A stretch of DNA of 64,000 nucleotides from Candidatus Eiseniibacteriota bacterium (lineage in GTDB: Bacteria > Eisenbacteria > RBG-16-71-46 > JABDJR01): the NCBI GenBank assembly GCA_963783375.1, contig CAWANH010000028.1, positions 896,001 through 960,000 of the forward strand, read 5' to 3'. The notes beneath the pieces are model-generated. The model had not been told where the DNA came from. It did not search any database and was given only the letters and a program-made list of their open reading frames with translations. This document shows, one piece after another, positions 58,006 through 64,000 of the stretch (position 1 is its first letter; every line of letters starts with the position of its first letter). The position numbers were made by a program, and so were the translations under genes.

Positions 58006-61000
58006 ATGAACGATCCCGGCTACAGCCAGATCATCGAAGCCCTGGACGGAGGACGTCGGGCTCTGGCCCGCGCGCGTCTGACCGCCGGACTCTTCCGCTT
58101 CCTGGGGATCGCCGTGACCACCGTGGCCGGCCTGGTGCTGTGGGCGGTGCTGGTGCGCTTCCTGCGGTTCTACAGCGTGCCGGTGGCCGCCGGGGCCTCG
58201 ATCCTGGGGGCGGGGGTGGTGGTGTTCGCCCTCATCCGATGGATCGTCGTGCCCCTGGTGCGGCTCCCCGGCCGCGACGCGTTCGTGACCCTGGTGGAGC
58301 GCCGGTTCCCCCGGGAGAAGAACCTCATCGTCAACGCCTACCAGCTCGGCGAGGCCGGCCGCACCCCCCAGGCCGACCGAGCTCCCGACCTGGTGGACGC
58401 CCTGATCGCCCGCGCTTCGGAGCGGGTCCGGGAGATGGACCTCAAGCGCTGGCGCGACCCGGCCCCCGACCGGCCGTACCTGTGGGCGGGGGGCGGCGCG
58501 ATCGCGGTCATGGCGATCCTCGGCCTCGTCTCTCCCGCGCTCCTCACCGGGGCGCTGGGGCAGGTGCTCAGGCCTTCCCGCGCCGAGGCGCCGCCGGTCT
58601 CCCTCACCGTCACCCCCGGCGACATCGAGGTGGACCGGGGGAGCGACGTCACCGTCTCGGTCGCGATCGACGGCACCGGCCACGCCCCGGTGTTGCGCTT
58701 CCGGGAGCACGGGGGCGAGTGGCGGGTCCGCGAGTTCGGGCCCCACGCCGCCGACGCGGTGAACCGGGAGGGCGGGCTCTGGGACACCGTGCTTCCCCGG
58801 GTGGACCGGAATCTCGAGTACCGGGTGGAGGCGCCCCGGGCGGAGAGCGGCGTCTTCGCCATCACCGTGCGCGAACCCCCCCGGCTGGCCGGCTTCCGCG
58901 CCCACCTCACCTACCCCGCCTACAGCGGGCTCGGAAACGAAACCCTGAACTCGGGAAGCGGCGACGTCGCGGCGCTGAAGGGCACCGACGTCGACCTTCG
59001 GGTGCTCACCAACCGGCCCATGGCCGAGGCCTGGCTGGAATGGCGGGACGATCGGGCGGACAGCGCTCGGCGGGTGGAGCTCGCCTCGACCGACGGCACC
59101 ACCTGGAAAACCGACTTCCGCTTGATGGAGCCGGCCAGCTACGCGGTGGTGCTCGGGGACGACGGCGGTGAGGCGCGCCTGCGCTCGCCCCGCTACCGGG
59201 TGGACCCGGTGGCCGACCGGGCGCCCTACCTGACCCTCCACTACCCCCAGGACGATCACGACCTCACCCAGGACATGATGGAGCGGATCGTGGCCGACGC
59301 CGCCGACGACTACGGCTTCAGCTCGGCTCGGGTCGTCTACAAGGTGGGCGACGGCCCCGAGCGGGCCACCAGGTTTCATCCCTACACCGAGGGCCAGAAG
59401 GAGTTCCGGCTGGACACCCTCTGGGACCTCAAGGGACTCGACCTCATTCCCGGGGCGGTTCTCACCTACTACGTGGAGGTGAAGGACAACGACACGGTGA
59501 GCGGTCCCAAGGCGGCGCGTTCGCCGGTCCGGCGGGTCCGCTACCCCACCGTGGCCGAGCTCTACGCCGACGTGGCCGACGACCACAAGCGCGAGATCGG
59601 GAGCCTCTCCGACCTGCACAAGGAGCAGAGCGACCTCCGGGAGCGCCTGGAGAAGCTCCAGAACGAGCTCAAGCAGGGGAAGCAGATGGACTGGGACGTC
59701 CGTCAGGACGTGCAGAAATCGGTGGACCAGCAGAAGAGCCTGGAAGAGCAGCTGTCCGAGGTGGTGAGCCGGCTCCAGGAGACGGTGTCCAAGGCCTCGG
59801 ACCGGGCCCAGATGAACCCCGATCTGGTGCAGAAGATGGGTGAGATCAACGACCTACTCCAGGGTCTCAACAACGAGAACCTGAAGCGCTCCTTCCAGGA
59901 ACTCTCCAAGGCCCTGGAGAAGATGGACCGGGACGCGGTGCGAAACGCCCTGGAGAAGCTCCAGGCCAATCAGGACGAGATGCTGAAGGGGCTCGATCGC
60001 ACCATCGAGCTTCTGAAGCAGATCCACCGCGACGAACAGGTGGAGGACGTGGTGCGCCGGACCGACGAGATCGCCGAACTCCAAAACCAGATCGCCAAGG
60101 AGCTGGAGAAGATGGGGGCCAAGCCGCCGGACCCGGCCGCCGAACCCTCGCCCGGCGAGCAGGAGCAGAACCCCGACCAGAAGGCCGGCGATCAGGAGAA
60201 GGCGTCCGACCCGAGCCGCAAGGGGGACGAGAAGTCCGCCGAGGAGGCCAAGAAGGCCGACCAGTCCGAGAAGCAGGACGAGGCCTCGGCCGGGGACAAG
60301 CAGGACGCCGAGGCCAAGGATCAGGAGCAGGGTCAGAACCAGAACCAGGATCAGAAACAGGATCAGAAACAGGATTCCGCCCAGGACCAGAAGGGTGACC
60401 AGAGCTCCAAGGACCAGAAGGGCGAGAACGACCGGAAAGACCGGCAGGACCAGAAGGGTTCGAAGGATCAACAGGGGGAGCAGGGTCAGAAGGACCAGCA
60501 GAGCCCGAAAGACCAAGAGAACCAGATGGAGCCGGGGAAGGAGAATCAGCAGAACCAGGACTCGGAGAAGGCGCTCGAGGATCTCAAGAAGAGCCTGGAG
60601 AAGCTCCGCGACCAGCTGGCCAAGAAGAACCAGTCGCAGAGCGGCGACCAGAAGGGGAGCAAGAGCGGCCAGGAGAAGAAGAAGGAATCGGGGGACCAGA
60701 AAGACCGGCTCCAGCAGCTGGCCGAGCAGCAGGAAGAGGCCCAGAAGAAGCTGGCCGAGCTCAAGCGCCAGCTCGAGACCCTCCAGAAGATGAACAAGGA
60801 CAAGCCGGGTTCCATGGACAAGATGAGCGAGATGCAGAAGAGCAAGCTCATGCGGGACCTGGAGCAGAACATGAAGCAGGCCCAGCAGGGGATGAACCAG
60901 GGGCAGCCCCAGCCCGCGGCCGACTTCGCCTTCCGGGCCCGGGATGAGGCGGCGGGGCTGGCCGACATGGCCAAGTCCATGAAGCAGCAGATGCAGCAAC

Positions 61001-61947
61001 AGCTGACCGACGACACCATCCAGAAGATGGAGAAGATCATCCGGAACCTGATCGACGTGTCCAGGGATCAGGAAGGTCTGGCCGCGGCGTCGGACGCCGA
61101 CTCGCGTCTCCAGGCCCAGCGCCAGTTCGACCTGACCGGGGTGACCCAGGCCCTGGCCGAGAGCCTCGATGCGGTGGCCAAGCAGAGCCTGGCCATCAAG
61201 AACACCCAGCAGGCCAAGCTCGGCTCGGCGGTGCAGAGGATGGACCGGGCGTCCCAGCTCTACGAGCAGGGGAACTCCCAGGGGGCGGAGTTCCAGGGTC
61301 GGGAGTCGGCCTCGGACCTGAACGAGGCCATCGTCCAGCTCATGAAGTCCCACGCCCAGATGTGCAGCGGCTCATCGGGGGGCGAGAAGTCGAAGCAGAT
61401 GAAGGAGCAGCTCACCGGGCTCAGCGAATCCCAGGAGCAGCTCAACCGGGCCACCCGCCAGATGCTGGAACGGCTCCAGGGAAAGGGCCGGCTCAGCATG
61501 ACCGAGGCCCAGCGGCTCCAGCAGATGGCCGCCCAGCAGGAGATGATCCGCAAGGGGCTGGATGAGCTTCAACAGAACTTCGACCAGGCCAAGGACCTCC
61601 TGGGCGACGTCGATCAGCTCAAGCGGGAGATGGAGGACGCCCAGAAGGACCTCGCCGAGAAGCACGTGGACCCGCGGCTAATGGAACGCCAGCAGAAGAT
61701 CCTCTCCCGGCTCCTCGACGCCCAGCGCTCCATCCGCCAGCAGGAGATGAGCCCCCAGCGGGAGAGCAAGACCGCGACGCTGGCCGAGCGGCAGTCTCCG
61801 CCCCCCATTCCCGAGGAGCTTCTGAAGAAGGACCGCACCCTGGAGGAGGACGTCCTCCGGGGATCCGACGACCGCTATCCGTCCCAGTACCGGAAGCTGG
61901 TCGAGGAGTACTTCCGGGCGCTATCCAAGGAGACCCGCAATCCGTAG
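58006..61947 (+). CDS. DUF4175-like large membrane-anchored coiled-coil protein
   Basis: Three N-terminal TMs, Ig-like region (YP.Y, D..P, DDYG, DND..SGPK), long Q/E/K coiled coil, C-terminal P..YR.LVEEYF. Confidence 0.82.
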   Translation: MNDPGYSQIIEALDGGRRALARARLTAGLFRFLGIAVTTVAGLVLWAVLVRFLRFYSVPVAAGASILGAGVVVFALIRWIVVPLVRLPGRDAFVTLVERRFPREKNLIVNAYQLGEAGRTPQADRAPDLVDALIARASERVREMDLKRWRDPAPDRPYLWAGGGAIAVMAILGLVSPALLTGALGQVLRPSRAEAPPVSLTVTPGDIEVDRGSDVTVSVAIDGTGHAPVLRFREHGGEWRVREFGPHAADAVNREGGLWDTVLPRVDRNLEYRVEAPRAESGVFAITVREPPRLAGFRAHLTYPAYSGLGNETLNSGSGDVAALKGTDVDLRVLTNRPMAEAWLEWRDDRADSARRVELASTDGTTWKTDFRLMEPASYAVVLGDDGGEARLRSPRYRVDPVADRAPYLTLHYPQDDHDLTQDMMERIVADAADDYGFSSARVVYKVGDGPERATRFHPYTEGQKEFRLDTLWDLKGLDLIPGAVLTYYVEVKDNDTVSGPKAARSPVRRVRYPTVAELYADVADDHKREIGSLSDLHKEQSDLRERLEKLQNELKQGKQMDWDVRQDVQKSVDQQKSLEEQLSEVVSRLQETVSKASDRAQMNPDLVQKMGEINDLLQGLNNENLKRSFQELSKALEKMDRDAVRNALEKLQANQDEMLKGLDRTIELLKQIHRDEQVEDVVRRTDEIAELQNQIAKELEKMGAKPPDPAAEPSPGEQEQNPDQKAGDQEKASDPSRKGDEKSAEEAKKADQSEKQDEASAGDKQDAEAKDQEQGQNQNQDQKQDQKQDSAQDQKGDQSSKDQKGENDRKDRQDQKGSKDQQGEQGQKDQQSPKDQENQMEPGKENQQNQDSEKALEDLKKSLEKLRDQLAKKNQSQSGDQKGSKSGQEKKKESGDQKDRLQQLAEQQEEAQKKLAELKRQLETLQKMNKDKPGSMDKMSEMQKSKLMRDLEQNMKQAQQGMNQGQPQPAADFAFRARDEAAGLADMAKSMKQQMQQQLTDDTIQKMEKIIRNLIDVSRDQEGLAAASDADSRLQAQRQFDLTGVTQALAESLDAVAKQSLAIKNTQQAKLGSAVQRMDRASQLYEQGNSQGAEFQGRESASDLNEAIVQLMKSHAQMCSGSSGGEKSKQMKEQLTGLSESQEQLNRATRQMLERLQGKGRLSMTEAQRLQQMAAQQEMIRKGLDELQQNFDQAKDLLGDVDQLKREMEDAQKDLAEKHVDPRLMERQQKILSRLLDAQRSIRQQEMSPQRESKTATLAERQSPPPIPEELLKKDRTLEEDVLRGSDDRYPSQYRKLVEEYFRALSKETRNP
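60346..60375 (+). repeat. 12-bp coding tandem repeat (QDQK) within a low-complexity linker
   Basis: CAGGATCAGAAA x2.5. Confidence 0.7.
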
Positions 61948-61966
61948 GCCAAGGACGAACCGCTTC

Positions 61967-63582
61967 ATGATCCGAATGAGCCGGACGGTCGGGCTCCGCA
62001 TGGTCTTGGCGCTCCTGGCCGCGGGGTTCCTGGCCGCCGCCGCCGCCCCCCCGCGCGGGCGGTGGACGCTCTCTACCGGAACAACATCCAGACCGCGCGG
62101 CAGTTCATGAGCCGGGGCCAGCCCGAGCCCGCGGCCCAGCTCTATCAGCGGGTGCTGAAGGACCACCCTGACGACCCCACCGCTTCCGGGGGCTACGCCG
62201 AGGCCCTGATCGCCATGGGGAAACTCGAGGACGCGGACACGTTCCTCGCCGACGCGCTCGGCCGGATCGCCAAGAACATCGATCTCTACCGCGTGCGCTA
62301 CGAGTTGCGGGTGGCCCAGAAGCGATACGGGGACGCCTTCAGCGACGTGCTCCGGGTGCTGGAACTCGACCAGGCGCGTTCCACCTGGGCCATGCGGCGC
62401 GCCCAGGAACTCCTCGAGACCGGACTCGAGGCCAGGAAGGCGGAGAAGCTGACCGCCGAGGAGCGGAAGAGCCACCCCGAGATGGCCGGCCTGGCCATCA
62501 TGGAGGGGGTGATCGTGAACCTGGGGGGACGGCCGGACGAGGCGCTGGCGCTGGTGACCAAGGCCGACGACGACGGAAAGATGAAGGGGCAGGCGGTGTC
62601 CACCTTCGCCGACGTCCTGACCGCGCTCGGGAAGGAGGACGACGCGGTGGCCGCGCTCCAGAGCGCGGCGGACCGGGTGGACCAGCCGGCCATCCGTTCC
62701 AAGATCCTCTACCGGGTGGCCGAGGTCCAGGTGAGCCGGGACCGGTACCGGGACGCCCTGGCCAGCCTCGACCGGATCGTCACCGAACGCGAGGGCACGA
62801 GCGCGGCGGGGAAGGCGCTCCTCATGGCCGCGGACATCTACCAGAAGCACCTGAATGACCCCAAGGGCGCCCTGTCGGTCTACACCAGGATCAAGGACGA
62901 CCCCATGCTCGGGCACCGGAAATCGGAGATGCTTCTCCAGATGGGCGAGTGCTACCTCCGGCTCGGCCGCTTCGACGAGGCCGGCGCCACCTACCACGAG
63001 GTGGCGCCCCTGTCGGTGGATCCCGAGGAGGTGGAGAAGGCGGCCTTCGAACAGGCCGAGGTCCAGTTCTTCCGCGGGGACTTCGACTCGGCCATGGTCC
63101 TCTATCAGGACATGGCCCAGGACCATCCGCGAAGTCTGCTGGCCGACGACGCCGCCGGACGCTACATCATGTTGAACAAGTATCAGGCCCTGGGAGGCGG
63201 GGCCGCGGTCCAGGCTCTGGGCCGGATGGACTGGGCCCGAGCCTCCGGAGACACCGCGGTGGTGGACTCCGTGGCCGACCTCCTGATCGCGACCTATCCG
63301 GGGGGTGAGCTGGCCGCCGAGGCGCTTCTGGCCAAGGCGGACGTGGCCGCAACCCCCGAGACCGCCCTGGGCTACCTGGACCGGCTGGTGGACGAGTACA
63401 AGGACGACCGCCGGGCCCCGGCGGCGCTCATGCGCGGGGGAAACCTCCTGCTCGAAAAGCTCGATCGCTCCGGCGAGGCCCTGGTCCGCTTCGAGAGCAT
63501 TCTCACCGACTACCCCGAGAGCCTGGAGGCCCCCGAAGCCCGCCGGCTCGTGGAGAAACTGCGTCGTGACGTCAAATCCTGA
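61967..63582 (+). CDS. Periplasmic TPR-repeat protein (frameshift at C7 run 62046-62052)
   Basis: Signal peptide from ATG 61967 is in another frame; one added C gives ...APPARA-VDALY. Many TPR repeats; C-terminal YPES.EA..AR. Confidence 0.8.
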
Positions 63583-64000
63583 CTCGCTCCTGGCCCGGTT
63601 CCGGGGCCTCGGTCTGGCCGCCGCGGCGGCCGGGATCCTCCTCGCCCTCATACCCGCGCCCGCTTCCGCCAAGATCCTCGTCCCCATGGACCTCAAGCAG
63701 ACCGACCACCTGAAGGCCTACGGCCTGGCCTACTGGGAACTGGCCCGCGGGCACAACGTGGAGTGGCTCCTCAACTACCGCGGGGGGTCGTTCTTCTTCG
63801 AGGACGACCCCGCGGTTCTCCGCGAGGCGAAGATCCGGGGGGTGCTCACCCAGGCGGTTTCCGACGCCGACGTGACCTCGATCTACGCGGAGATCGAAAA
63901 GAACAACATGGACGTCGTGCTCCTGGAGAAGGCGCCCCGGGTGGCCATCTACATCCCGCCGGGCTTCGTGCCCTGGGACGACGCGGTGACCCTGGCCTTC
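63566..64000 (+). CDS. Conserved secreted hypothetical protein (often labelled asparagine synthetase B), 3'-truncated
   Basis: Not in the ORF track. GTG 63566, signal peptide ending PASA, then KILVPMD..Q.DHLKAYGLAYW......VEWLLNYRGGSF; open to the window end. Confidence 0.75.
   Translation, partial: MTSNPDSLLARFRGLGLAAAAAGILLALIPAPASAKILVPMDLKQTDHLKAYGLAYWELARGHNVEWLLNYRGGSFFFEDDPAVLREAKIRGVLTQAVSDADVTSIYAEIEKNNMDVVLLEKAPRVAIYIPPGFVPWDDAVTLAF

Noticed and set aside
1-64000. Many long overlapping or antisense ORFs (e.g. 11569-14307, 18652-21717, 54372-56954, 57256-59619)
   Set aside because: Shadow ORFs expected in high-GC DNA: Arg/Gly/Pro-rich or antisense to well-supported genes, with no motifs.
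63566-64000. A second asparagine synthetase
   Set aside because: It has a signal peptide and no N-terminal Cys amidotransferase motif; the usual label is likely a misannotation.

Overview
A high-GC, mostly housekeeping chromosomal window from a diderm bacterium. The gene set and secreted-protein motifs suggest an FCB-associated candidate lineage such as Eisenbacteria or Krumholzibacteriota (inference). Core genes: pepF, moxR-DUF58-BatA/VWA, pap/PPK2, mfd-surA, aspA, ftsEX-envC, fabH, ECF sigma, holB-metG, tatD-rsmA, secDF, DUF4159-DUF4175-TPR. Accessory or unusual elements: (1) a cytochrome bd-like CydA fused to two c-type haem motifs, with a CydA'-like partner; (2) two solitary defence-type nucleases, a NERD-SF1 helicase and an SRA-like/HNH protein; (3) a PEP-CTERM gene with its own promoter and terminator inside the moxR operon; (4) a six-gene, lower-GC sugar-modification cassette between metG and tatD; (5) the best novel-system candidate, an outer-membrane beta-barrel gene followed by five related lipoproteins, four of them tandem mosaic paralogs ending in a Gly-linker plus [T/S]WGx[I/L]K tail. 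Three genes carry single-base frameshifts that are probably assembly errors. I saw no rRNA, tRNA, CRISPR array, integrase or transposase. All calls come from motif recognition by eye; no searches were run.
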